A stretch of 64,000 bases of DNA from NCBI GenBank assembly GCA_023213395.1, contig CM041465.1, positions 248,007,741 through 248,071,740 of the forward strand, in the 5' to 3' direction. Position 1 is the first letter of the stretch; each line of letters opens with the position of its first letter. Origin of the DNA: Cycas panzhihuaensis (lineage: Eukaryota; Plantae; Cycadophyta). Below the pieces are notes generated by a model. It made no database searches. It saw only the letters and a program-made list of their open reading frames with translations, and had not been told where the DNA came from. Made by a program: the position numbers and the translations under genes. Positions 1 to 15,185 of this stretch are shown here, piece after piece.

Positions 1-590
1 AATATGACAAGGTTGATACACATCAAGTGGCTATTCTAGAACAACAATTGTATAACCTAACTTTTGACGACTTTTTAAATGTTAAGGATTTTTTAACTAA
101 AATTCAATTAATTAATAAAGATCTAGATAACTGCATCAAATCTAAAACCAAATAAGGTGATGTTGAAAAAATAACTACGCATGTTAGAGACGACGACACA
201 CTAGTGCGTCTTGCAGTAAACAAACTACCAATGCACTTTAATCTCTTCAAAACTGCCAGACAACAAGTTGGCAACCCACCTATCATATTCAATCAGTTGA
301 CTAATCAGCTGATTGAACATCAGAGAATGTTAATTCAAACAGGTGCATTAAAAGATCCTTCACAGGCTTTATTTTTTAAAACTAAGCTACAATTTAAAAA
401 TAAATAACAGAACAATAATTTTCATAATAATCTAAAATTTCAGAAACCTCACAGAGGTTCACTGTCTAATTCACAAAACAATGTTAAATATTCTGGTCCA
501 ACTAAATACTAGAATACTTCTAATCAATTCTTTTCTAATAGGAACAACACAACTTCTTCTCAGAACACTAGTTGTGCCTATTGTTACAAA
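1..590 (+). pseudogene. Ty1/copia gag fragment (UBN2-like core, N-rich linker, start of zinc knuckle); 5' end lies outside the window
   Basis: The frame from nt 3 reads YDKVDTHQVAILEQQLYNLTFDDFLNVKDFLTKIQLINKDL...DDDTLVRLAVNKLPMHFNLFKT...FNQLTNQLIEHQ...QALF, with in-frame stops, and ends at CAYCYK (573-590). This matches copia gag architecture. Confidence 0.7.
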
Positions 591-1259
591 AGAATTGACT
601 AACTTTATAAACATTACATTATATATTATAAATGTACATTATATTTACAATATGACTAATGTTGAATTAATGAAATCAACATTAGTTTTTCTATCATTTT
701 ATTACAAGTGTTAAAAATCAATTTTGTCTGAAGTATTAGAAACTAAGCTTAGAGATCTTCAAAATGAGCTATTACATGATCAATTTCGATAAATATTTAG
801 AAGAGAATTTGCTATCTAAAGTTACATGAAAAAAATTAAAAGGACTAATAGTTAGTACATATTGATCCATTTGAGATAAATAACAACATTTAAACTCCCC
901 TAAAAGAGCTTATGGATTTGGAAAACTACCATAAATTTTCATTACAAAATTGAGGGGATTTAAAATTGGAGAAGAACTAGCATAAGTACACAGACAATAT
1001 GAGGATGCAAGAGATTAGGAGTAGGAAGAGCCTACTTATGGGGAAGTTGAAGTCCAAAAAGAAATAGAATACTATGATTTAAATGATAAACTATGCATGC
1101 TAAAGTAGCATGAACTTATTAATAAGCAATTAAAAGTGAATCCAATAGAGATAGAAGAATCTAAGGATATGAAGAGTGGTATAAAGAAGAACCTAAGTAG
1201 CCCAAAAAAAGCCCAAGCAATCAAGCAAATCCAGCAAGGTGTTCAACATGGTTCCTAAT

Positions 1260-2030
1260 TTTGTTTTGCACTCATTCATTTCCTTTAGTAATTTTATAAT
1301 TCCTCTTGAATTTCTTCATTCTATTACTTTAGAAATCCCTCCATCCCATGTCTAAAAGTATCCCATGGATGAATTTCTTGATTCCTAATTCTTTCTATAA
1401 GAAATCTTAGTCCCACTTCACTCCTATCATCCAAGTCCTAATTTTCACGTAGTTTCATCCCTTAAGAAGCCTTCTTCTACGCTTGTCTTAAGACCCTTAT
1501 GAAAACCCCTTTCTAATAAAATGTGTCTAGCACTAATCCATATCCATTCCTTATAAAATCTTTCTCTCCTAAGATTGCTTATCACTTTATAGTATTCACT
1601 CCTCAATTCCCATCACATTTTTATTTGCAAATTACTCTTATTTGGCTCTTATCCATTACCCTCCTAAGACTTCTAGTTGTTGTCTAACTAATACCTTACT
1701 CATTATAAACCCTAGTCTTGTGTGTAGGCTATATTGAATCAATTTCTAAATTGTGCATACTTTCCAATGCATATTTTATATGTTACTACTTCTTACACAT
1801 ACAAAATTCTTGTTGATCACCTCATCAAAGCCTACTTTTTCCTCATTACCAAACGCTTCTCATGATATTCTTGGTATTTATAAGTAATACCCATTGTGCG
1901 ACCATCATAACTATTTTTATCCTCTTATTTCATATTTTCCAAGTATAACCTATTACTTTCCCACAAAATATTCTCGACATTCTCAACCCCCTACCTCTAT
2001 CTCTCATTTAATCAAGTAAAGTTCTTCTTT
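1260..2030 (-). mobile_element. Highly degenerate L1-type LINE ORF2 3' fragment (zf-RVT and RNase H-like)
   Basis: The minus strand gives remnants CMCKK..HIKYAL (zf-RVT-like, ~1760-1805) and EWIWIS...EEGFLRDE (cf. plant LINE RNase H GWIKLN..GGLLRD, ~1450-1550). Strong purine bias on the minus strand. Boundaries approximate. Confidence 0.35.
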
Positions 2031-2309
2031 CAAAGCTAAAAGCACATGGAGAAAATGTACAATGAGAAAACTAGTTTTCAACCATATGCCATTAGTATTA
2101 CATAGATACTAGGATTATTTTTATACAGGAAGGGGTGAAAAATTCATCTGGTACTACATGTAAACAACTGCATGTGTAGATGACATATAGATTATTTCCA
2201 AAAAATCACATAACGATGGACTAAAAAATTATGATATACGAGCCTTAGAAAGTGGTAGATTGAAAACTAAATAGAAGGTAACTCCAAGCAATTCCTCATC
2301 CAGTGTTTA

Positions 2310-2730
2310 TTCTTCGAGGATAAAGTATTTTAAGGGAAGGGGAGTTGTTACAAACTTAATATGAATTCAATGCCAAATAAATTGTTACAAACCTAATTAT
2401 ATTAATGTGAAGCTAATTCCAAATAGGCATGTGAGGTTGGCTCTAAGTAAGCCCTAACTTAAGGCTATAAATAAGGGATCCTAGTCAATTATTATCATCT
2501 TTTGGAATATTATTTAACTTATTAAGATAATGGCCAAAATCCATTATCACATTACTATGCCTTGTGAGGATTCCCTCACCTCAAAGAGGGCCACTATTAT
2601 GAGAAGTCATCTCATATTATATATTTTTTAGGTATTATTCTACTATAAATTTGATATTACACTATTATTCCATTGTGGGCATGCTATTTTGATATGTCTC
2701 AATTATTAATTAATGTGAGTACACCATACA
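2310..2730 (+). mobile_element. Ty3/gypsy 3' end: polypurine tract plus orphan 3' LTR (2346-~2730)
   Basis: cttcgaggataaagtattttaagggaaggggagt-TGTTACA is a typical gypsy end (PPT 2332-2344, LTR start 2346). Candidate end ...caccataca at 2730. No partner LTR in the window. Confidence 0.5.
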
Positions 2731-2949
2731 CAGTACCTCTATCATCTTGTTCATACTAATCTTTAATTTATTCCTTAGAACTTTTCTAATTATGCTATTT
2801 ATTTTATGGCTCAGAATTTTCAAAGTTGGTCTCTTCCTCAAAACCTCTTAAGTCCAATTTTGAACTTATTTTAAAAGTGGGAAGCTTATTATTGCTTGCT
2901 TTCCATTGAGGTTAGGTAATACCTTATTTTCCATTATGTAATCAATACA

Positions 2950-4750
2950 GCATCACATCCCTAATATTGGATGATATGGACTTTCTTTAATAATGGTCTT
3001 CCCAACAAGGTCTAAAAGTAGAGATTCTATAAAGATTGCCACAAATTCTATCAAGAAGAAAATTTAAGATTTTAATTTCTTAAGCCATTAATATCCTTAT
3101 CGATTATATTATCCTTTAGTTGGTCATCTTTAACCTAACTTGGGGAGGCCCTACTGTTATGACTTCAATCTTTGCCATGTTCCTTTTGGCATAATGTTGA
3201 CTTACAATCTAACATGTACTATTATAGAAGCCAACTTTTGTCCCTTGATTGATATCTGAATCTTTTCTTATCATTCTTATGCTTGGCCCTTCTGACCATT
3301 TGTTAGATAGAATATTAATATTGGGGTCCACTATATAAAATACCTAATTCCCATGATTTCACAATAATTATTTTCAATTGTGTAATATATTTTCTATCAA
3401 TCATTCCTTCCATTAGCCATGCCTCCATTATGGTGCTTTTTCTTATTTGAGCATGTTTGCCAAGTATATGGAAAGTTGTACTTAGACATATATTATGGGT
3501 GGTTGACATAAAAGTGGAAATACCTCTCTTATGTCCTTTTGAAACCCCTTGTTGTGGCTCATTATCGACTGTGTAGCTTCACTCATTTCCCTATGAAACG
3601 GGCCATTACTAATTAATAGTGTTTTATATCAACATTTTATTTTTCAATTACTAGTTAGGGTTGTTCACCCTTTTGATTCTTTTAAACCTTATCACTACTC
3701 TTGTGGTAGCATCTAATTCTATTATGATAACCAAGGTGGACACCTCTATTTGTTTTAGGTATTCCTCATTGTTATGGTCTTTTGCCCAACAATATCTATA
3801 TAATAATTTTTTATGTTATTTTTTATGCTTTTTTTTTTCTTAAAATACCCCCATTCTTCATGTGTTCAACACTAGACTACTAGTCGTTTTTTTTTATTAG
3901 ATGTCAGTTTTTCAATTCAAATTTCCTCCATCATTAACATGTATGTTCAGCTTCCTACTAATATTAGAGTAATAGGCTTTGTTATTCCCTTAATAGTTTT
4001 TGTTAGCAACATAGTATGCTTTTGCTTTTATTACTTATAATGTTTTACATTGAGCCTATTCTTAGTGGTATCATGATGTCTAATATTATAAATGGAATAA
4101 TGTTTCATTGCATTCATTCCCATAGCGCCCTTCTCTTTTAAATTTTGCATGATACTTACTATTGATTACTCCTTTCATCTTTAGAAAGCTCCCTATATCA
4201 CGAATGACACATCTTGCCTTAGTGTCAAGATGGATGAAGGATATTCATCATTATCATCATTGACAAAGCTTCTCCTCATGCTTGATGTATTTACTCATTC
4301 CTTAATTTCCAAGTCTAAGACTCAGTTGAGCATCTTAGCATATGCCTATCATAGAACCACATTCATTCTCTTCCTTTGTTTTAGAAGAATTCATTATATA
4401 AACCATCTTTGTTTAAGACTATACAAGATATTTGGCTGCAATTTCTTCATAAGTGCCTTAAGTTTTAGATTATAGGCATGGATAGACTAGTTAGGGCCTT
4501 GCTTCACAGTGTGAATATAATCAAAATGGTTATCAATAAGTTATTCCCACCATTAATATATTTATCATTCTAATGATTGATGGTTGATAATTCTAGTAGA
4601 TTCCTTGGTGTGATGGCTTATTCAAGAACACTTTGTAGTAACAAATTGCTTAAAAATTCATGTAGTAATGGGTTATTTAGAAACTCTTATATTAATGGGT
4701 TTCACGGTAACCTAGTTAATGTAGATACCCAGAAGTGGAAACTTCACCTT
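2950..4750 (-). pseudogene. Degenerate Ty3/gypsy gag-protease fragment
   Basis: Minus strand ~2990-3295 reads IKGQKLASIIVHVRL*VNIMPKGTWQRL...RLKMTN*RII...LLGRPLLKK, a retropepsin-like pattern. Upstream lie the gag-like KKLQPNILYSLKQRWFI and a decayed knuckle KHYSIYNIRHHDTT, similar to the gag at 62.4-63.4 kb. Confidence 0.6.
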
Positions 4751-5780
4751 CTATTATGTTCCTATCTCTATAATTTAATAGTTATTACATACTTTTAATT
4801 ATGTCTTTCTCATTGATTTCACCAACCATGTAAGTCAATCACATGTTTTAAGTACTAAGTTGTCAAGAACATCCAATGTTCAGTATATATTTCCCCTGTG
4901 TTCCATGTATAGTGTAGGACATTAAGATAGTGTTGTGGGTGCACATAACCTTTAATATTATGATCATACACGTCGATTCATGATAAGGAGATGGAAATAA
5001 GATGATGTTTAGTACAACATTATCATCATATATTAAGTTTTATTCCCTCAAATAAGAGTGCCCTTCTCTCTTGGATAAGGTTTATGTGTGTGTGTATGTT
5101 AACCTAAACATTAGGTGAATAATTGTCATCTATCTAATCCATTAATCCTTTTTTCAACTCACTCATGCCTATTACACTTAGGGTTTACATCAATGTTTAA
5201 CTTAGGTTAGACTTATATTAATGTTGTATTAAAAAAATTATTGGTATTGTAGTAAATGCTTCAAGCATTAATTAGAACATTTATATTTCCTAATGTCTTT
5301 TCAATCATTTTTAATAGGCTTTTTTAGTGAGAACATTTATCAATTTTTTTAGGGTTACGTTTCCCCTATATCCCCCTATTGTACACCCAAAAGGAACATA
5401 TTTTTACTAAAAATCTTATTCTTAGCTCAAGACAATTTAAAACTTTTGATTTTATAAGACCCTAGTAAAAAATCAACTTTGTGAGATGGCCCCTAGGATA
5501 GTCTTTGTTTTTATTTTACATTATGTTCAATGTTCTTATTTCAAGCTTCTACACCCTCATTTCTCTATCTCTCTAGGGAATACATCCTTTGGGTATAAGC
5601 TAACTAAATATTCACAAGAGTATAATAATGGAATATCTTGTATTACTTTTTCTAAAAAGACATAAATGCCAATATACATTTACAAGAACAAGATTGTCAT
5701 CATTGTAAGATATGTGAAGCATCGATAAGGATCAATTATGCATGGGTTGTCTATGAGGAAATCTATTTAGGAAAGGAGGA

Positions 5781-6152
5781 TGTAATGGCCTAACAAAGCC
5801 CTGGTTAGGTAGCAATTAAGGTTAGGCAAAATATGTTTCATGATTTTTTTTGAAAAACTATAGATAATAAAAATTAATAATCTTAAAATACAACACTTAT
5901 ATGTTGTTCATAAGGGATAACATAAATCCTCACTTAGTCCGTGTTCTTTCCTGATATTGAATACAACCCTTTAAATTTATATTCTAAAGTCACTATCCAC
6001 TACTCTATTGTTAAATGCTCTTCTTATGCCGTGTATTTCCTTAAGATGTTGCACTTTAATATGGATTTATGATTAGGCACATAATAGTTAATAAGATTAT
6101 TACAGTAGTGTAATAATGCTTAATTTTAGAAACTGATATACACTTAAGATGT
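5781..6152 (+). repeat. Left gypsy LTR (truncated, with an internal ~265-bp deletion relative to the right copy)
   Basis: Aligns with 10164-10377 and 10640-10798. Homology ends at acttaagatgt (6152 / 10798). Confidence 0.8.
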
Positions 6153-6709
6153 AGTCGTCCCTATGTAAAAAATGGCTCACTTTTTTATCAAAGACCCTTA
6201 TGGGTTTACTTGAAATATGCAAAAGATCATGGAAAACTATTGCACAACAATAATAATAGCCCAAAGATCTAATATGTAGCAAAAAATATGAAAAAATCCC
6301 ACACATTAAACTGTGGGCTTTGATACCATGTAAGAGAACTAAAGAATAACACTAAATTGTAACTAAAAATAGAGCAAGAATAAAGAAAATTTGCACAAGT
6401 GACTTCAATAAAAAATACTTGTACTATATCTCTAATAGTACATACTTGAATTTGTTCTCAAACTCCAATTCAATCACCCTCAATGCCCTTTGGTTGAAAA
6501 CCACTGTAAAGTAATAATTCACTCCTCATTTTAAGGAGTGTGTCAAACCAAGAAATGAGGAGGAGAAGAAGTTATATGAGAGGGATAGAGAGTAACTAAC
6601 CCCTAGTTAATTATCTCATAAAAATAATAAAGTGCATATTAGTAGCATAGTAAAGTGAACAACATAGTGAAATACACATTATTATAGTGAAGTGCATGTT
6701 ATTTTAACA
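6153..6709 (-). mobile_element. Nested antisense LTR-element remnant: 5' LTR (6329-6709), tRNA-iMet PBS (6317-6328) and short leader
   Basis: gctttgatacca (rc TGGTATCAAAGC) abuts TGTAAG...TTAACA. Host gypsy coding sequence resumes right after 6709. Confidence 0.6.
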
Positions 6710-9700
6710 CCCACGGCATAGAGTTGCAACCAATAGAGATAAGAGGAGCTAAGGAAGGACACATGAGGGTGCATGCAACTATTAAAGGTAGATAGATTAA
6801 CAACTAATTTATTATGGTATAGGCCCAAGGAAAATTTCTGAAACAAAAGCTCACTATCCTTATAAACTTAGGCAATAGTCACAATTTCTTATATCTTAGA
6901 ATTATAGAAAATTATAAACTTGAAACTTAAATGCACAAGAAGACATGGGTTTTTCATATGGTCAATGGGAGCAAAAAGAGGGTGACCCTGTATGTATCAT
7001 TTTATCCATTGATATGGGACACTTGGTCTACTCGTGTTAACTTCCAAATGTTGCCCCTTGGAGATTATGATGCCATCATAGGTTAAGAATAGTTAGAGGA
7101 CCATAAGGCAAATATGGATCATTACAGTAAGTTAGTTGAATGCTTAAATGATCAAGGGGAACTAACTCCAGTACAAAGAAGGAAATTATCAATCAGTATT
7201 CAATAAATTTCATCAACCCAAGTGAAGAGGTATTTTAAGGAAAGGTTGCAAAGCCTATGATATACATGAAAATTTAGAAGGAAAGTTATTAGAACCTCAG
7301 AGGATATATTATCCCTTGATTTAGGAATTATAGGATGTGTTTCTAGAGGAATTACTTAGATTATGAGCAAAGACAGATGTGGATTGCACCATTGAATTGG
7401 CACCAGGAATGACACCCATCTCTAAGGCCCCATATTACCTAAACCCACCAAAACTAGTAGCATTGAGAATGCAAATATAGGATATATTGGATAAGGGTTT
7501 CATTAGGCCCAACATCTCGCCATTGGGAGCTTTGGTATTATTTAGAAAGAAAGAGGATGGAACTTTTAGGCTATGCATAGACTACAAACAACTAAATAAT
7601 TCCACTATTAAAAATAAATATCTATTGCCCAAAATTAAGGATCTATTTGATCATTTATGAGGAGTCAAGTTGTTCACAAAGATAGATCTAAGATTGGGTT
7701 ACTACCAAATAAGGATTAAGGAAGAGGACATTAACAAAAGTACATTCCATACTTGGTGTAGACACCACGAGTATATGGTAATGCCCTTTAGATTAATAAA
7801 AATGCCTAGCACATTCACGAATTTAATGAACAATGTGTTCAAGGATTTCCTAGATAAATTTATTATGATTTTCATTGATGATATCCCAATTTATTCCAAG
7901 ACCAAAGAGAAGCATGATGTACAATTAAGGATGGTGCTATAGTTGTTGAGGGAACATAAGTTATATACTAAGTTAAGTAAATGTGAGTTCTTCAAGGAGG
8001 AAGTATCCTACCTAGTCCACATTATTTCAAAAGCAAGAATTGTTGTAGGCCCACATAAGATTGAAACTATTGTGGAGTGGCTAACTCCTAGAAATATTCA
8101 CCATGTGAGAAGTTTTATGGGACTGGCTAGTTATTACGAAAATTATGTGAAGAACTTCTCCAAGGTAGCAAGCCTAATTACCTCATTATTGAAAAAGTGA
8201 ATTATATGGGTAATATTATATAAGGAATGCTTCCAATTGTTAAAGCACCTTCTCACCATGATAATAGTCCTTATCATTCTTAACCCAAACTTGTGTTTTG
8301 TGATCTGCATTGATGCATGCATAGAAGATTTAGGGGTTGTGTTAATGCAAGATAATAAAGTGGTGTGTTATAAGTCCAAAAATTTAAAAGATAGTGAAAG
8401 GAATTATCCTACACATGACCTAAAATTAGTAGTAGTAGTTCACACATTCAAGGCATAGTGACACTACTTACTAGGAAAAATTTTTGAGCTCTTCACTAAC
8501 TACAACAACCTAAAATATATTTTATGTAGATTCATCTTAACATGACATAACAAAGATGGATGGAGTGTATTTATGAATTTGATTTCTAGTTCAAATACAT
8601 CAAGGGTAAAGAGAATCAAGTAATTGATGCTTTGAGCAAAATACAACATGTTGTTGTTATAATCATAAGCCAACCTAACTTGATTCATTCTATTGTTGAA
8701 GTATACAAGAATGATGAAATCTACAAATAGGCAAAGGAGGCTTTACAAGGGAAACAAGGTCATAAAACCATAGATACCAAACTTTTGAGGAAGTATGCAG
8801 GCTTCCAAATAAGAGAAGACAATGATTTTACCTTCTAATAAAGAGTTTATGTGCCCCAAGATGAAGGAATCAAGGATTTAATTATCTAATAGGCTTATAA
8901 TGCTCAATATGCAAGTCATCCAAGATACCTTAAAACTTACATGGTAGCAAGGAAATAATTCTTTTGTCTAAGTATGAAACAGGATGTGTTACGACACGTA
9001 GTTAAATGCCTAACATGCCAAAGGATCAAAGCAAAACATAAACATCCTATAGGTCTACTACAGCCTACAGAAATACTAGAATGGAAGTGGAAGAACATTA
9101 CAATAGACTTTATAACATGCTTGCTCAAAACCCTTAGGCAACACAATGTTATTCTAGTTATGGTGAATAAGTTGACCAAGTATTCAAATAGCTTAATCTT
9201 AGACATTATTGCTATCTTTATGAGGGAGGTAGTAAGACTACACAGAGTGCCTAAGGTAATCATTTTTTATCGAGATGCTAAGTTCACCTTTAAGTTTTAA
9301 AAATCATTATTTTGAGAGTTGGGCATAACACTAAATTTCAACATAGACTATCATCCAAAGTCACATAGGATGAAAGAAAGAGTGAACTAAGTGTTGGAGG
9401 ACCTACTTTAAATGTATGTGATGGAATAACTAGTGCATTGGGAGAGTTATCTACACCTACCAAAATTGCCTATAATAACACATTCCACTCTTCCCTAAGG
9501 ATGAGCTCACTTGAAGTTTTATATGGTAGAAGTTGTAATACACCACTCAATTAGGATAATTTAGAAAATAGATTTTTAATATGCCCTAATTTACTTCAAG
9601 AAATAGAGCAACGAATTGATAAAATAGACTAATAGTTGAAGGTAACACAAAGTACATAAAAATTGTGCACAAACTTAAAAGAGACAAATAAGGAATTTTG

Positions 9701-10120
9701 GGTAGGTGAACATGACTTCTTTAAAGTAAAGCCAAAACATAGTTTATTACACCTAGGCACATGCAAAAAGTTGACACCAATATTTTGTGGGTTGTTTGAG
9801 ATCTTGAAAAGGATTGTATAAGTGGTATATAGGTTACCATTGCCACCAAATCTGTAGATCCATAACATATTTCATACCTCACTTTTAAAAAAGTATATGT
9901 CCTATGCTAAGAAGAAAATTGAATAGACCAATATCATAATAATGTTAATATAAAATTTGAGGAACAACCCTTAAGAATCCTGACATAAAGAGAAAAGACA
10001 CTAAGAAACATGAGTATTAAACAAGTAAATATACAATGGAAGTATTTGACTCCTTAGAAGGTAACACAAGAATTAGAAGACAACATAAAGCAATAGTACC
10101 CCCGGTTGTTTACAATCACT
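6710..10120 (+). pseudogene. Ty3/gypsy pol pseudogene: protease, reverse transcriptase, RNase H, integrase, chromodomain
   Basis: PR: ILINLGNSHNFL..LPLGDYDAIIG. RT: FTKIDLRLGYYQIRI...VMPFRL...IFIDDIPIYS. RH: CIDACIEDLGVVLMQ...NYPTHDLKL. IN: CLTCQRIK..IGLLQP..EWKWKNITIDFIT and GPY/F-like FCGLFEILKRI..IHNIFHTSLLKKY. Chromo-like: EEQPLRI..REKTLRN..QWKYL...YPRLF. Many stops and frameshifts. Confidence 0.95.
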
Positions 10121-10163
10121 TAAAATGGCATTGAGGCTGATGCTTCTGTTTAGGGGGGGAGAA

Positions 10164-10798
10164 TGTAATAGCCTAACAAAGGCTCGATTAAGTAGGAATC
10201 AAGGTTAGCCAAAACATGTTTCATGATTTTTTAAGAAAACTATAGACAATAAAAATTAATAATCTTAAAATATAACATTTAGATGTCATTTATAAGAGAC
10301 AATGTAAATTCTCACTTAGTCAATATTCCTTCCTGACACTGAATACAACCCTTTGAATTTATGTTCCAAAGTTATTAGAATATCCTAGTTCACATTTCGT
10401 GAGGCAAAGTTATAATGCACATTTATGCAATTAATTTTATTATGATGTTGGTATTTTATGGTGGGTCCCACACATAGCAAAGTTATGTATTGTAAATATA
10501 CACTCAATGTATTATATTATTGTATGAATATTATTCTTGTGGTCTTAATCCAAATTAAGGTACCATTATGAACATAGTGCTTGTTGTTTTATTTATGTAT
10601 TATTATTTTTTATCAATTTCATTTTTCTACAAAAGTTGTTATCCATTAGTCTATTGTTAAATGCTCTTCTTTTGCTACATATTTTCTCAAGATGTTACAC
10701 CTTAATATGGTTTCATGTTTAGGCACATATTAGTTAGTAAGTTTATTATCGCAATTTAAGAACATTTAAATTTAGAAAGTGGTACACACTTAAGATGT
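10164..10798 (+). repeat. Right (3') gypsy LTR, minimum extent
   Basis: Follows the PPT at 10151-10163, starts with TG and is homologous to 5781-6152. True 3' end not determinable (possibly ...acttaca near 10951). Confidence 0.8.
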
Positions 10799-11379
10799 GA
10801 GATTAGGAATGATTATGGACTAAGTTAGCTTGAAATCACTAAACTTTATGCTTGTATTTGGAGTATCATTTTAAATGCACGTAACCATTATTATCGAAAG
10901 AGCACTAAGAGAAAATACATTGAACCTTACCAAAGAATATTTCAACTTACATTTGAAAGACGACATCTCTAGCCTAGATTTTGAGTGTTCTAAATCCATC
11001 CATATAATTCATATATTTTAGCTTAAGTGACATCTTTATTAATAAGAAAATGATTTTATTGTATGTAGCCATGCTTATTACTATTGTAAGAACCCTTATC
11101 ATTAGAAAGTTACTAATAAATTTTTGGATTGGAATAAACCTTTCAAGCATAAGCACCAATCCCTATTTCAACTATGGAAAACTCTACCATGTTGGAGTTA
11201 TAGTTGAACTTTCATTAGCAAAAGACTACTAATGATCTAGTATCACTTAGACTTTGAAAGCACTCAAACTTGTACACATAAATCAATAATTATTTATCAT
11301 GAATAGTTCTATTTATAAATGTATATTCTTTATGAAGAACGCTATAGTAGTTATGGCAATGACATGCATCCCCTACTAA

Positions 11380-11640
11380 AATGTAATCACTTTTGAAATA
11401 GAGGCATTCAAACGGGCAAGAGAGGTGGAACAAATAGGGGGAAAGGGGAATAAATCCAGAGAGGATGTGGTGAATAGAGGAACCAATAGTCAATGAAGTA
11501 ATGAAGAGTAAAGGAGCTCAAATTGGACACATCTAACTGGGCATTTTCATAATGTGGAGAAAGGGTTACAATTATTACATGTTTATCGGGCATAAGGTTA
11601 TTGAGTTGGAAACAGGTGAACTGACAAGTGAATAGCCAAG
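11380..11640 (+). pseudogene. Possible short retrotransposon gag remnant
   Basis: Reads TFEIEAFKRAREVEQ (gag-like T..EA...A..VE), then a G/R-rich linker and a decayed knuckle-like *CGER..C. Confidence 0.3.
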
Positions 11641-12128
11641 CCACCAAGGTCATTTGATATTTATGTACATTTGCTTAGCTTTCTTATATAGGTACAGGAA
11701 GTCTTTAAACTCCCATAGCTAGCATCACTAAATTATATTTGCCTAGAATCATTATAAATTTAGTCACTTATCTATATGTACTAAAAATATTTTTAACTTT
11801 CTATCTATCCTTATGCTTAAACTTTTGTTTATTATGTATTGTTTAAAAATTAAAACATTTGATTTTGTTCCTCTACAAGCTAATATGTATTGAATTATAC
11901 CAATTCAAGCAAATGTGGACAAATAGTTGATTTCATATGTATGCTATTTATTTATTTATTTCCCCCCGTGTTTGTTTGCCTATTTAGGCATTTTGTGAGG
12001 GCATGGGAAAATATGATTTTGCTTTTAGCTACTACATTTAAAATTATTATTAGCCATCTAATTTATTTCCTTTTCTTATCTCAATTAGTAATAAAACAGA
12101 GCTTAGAATTGAGCATTTAATTGTAGGG

Positions 12129-15185
<3,057 letters not shown>

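Larger units (their letters stand above)
5781..10798 (+). mobile_element. Chromovirus-type Ty3/gypsy LTR retrotransposon, degenerate; PBS and most of gag deleted; right LTR probably extends past 10798
   Basis: Homologous LTR copies start TGTAAT at 5781 and 10164, with 10 mismatches in the first 60 nt. Pol domains run PR-RT-RH-IN-chromodomain. PPT taggggggagaa-like tract at 10151-10163. Confidence 0.85.

Noticed and set aside
11402-11495. Possible terminal exon of a host gene (..tag|AGGCATTC.. AFKRAREVEQ..*)
   Set aside because: Weak acceptor, no other exons found, and the peptide plus downstream CGE-like motif fit a decayed gag better.
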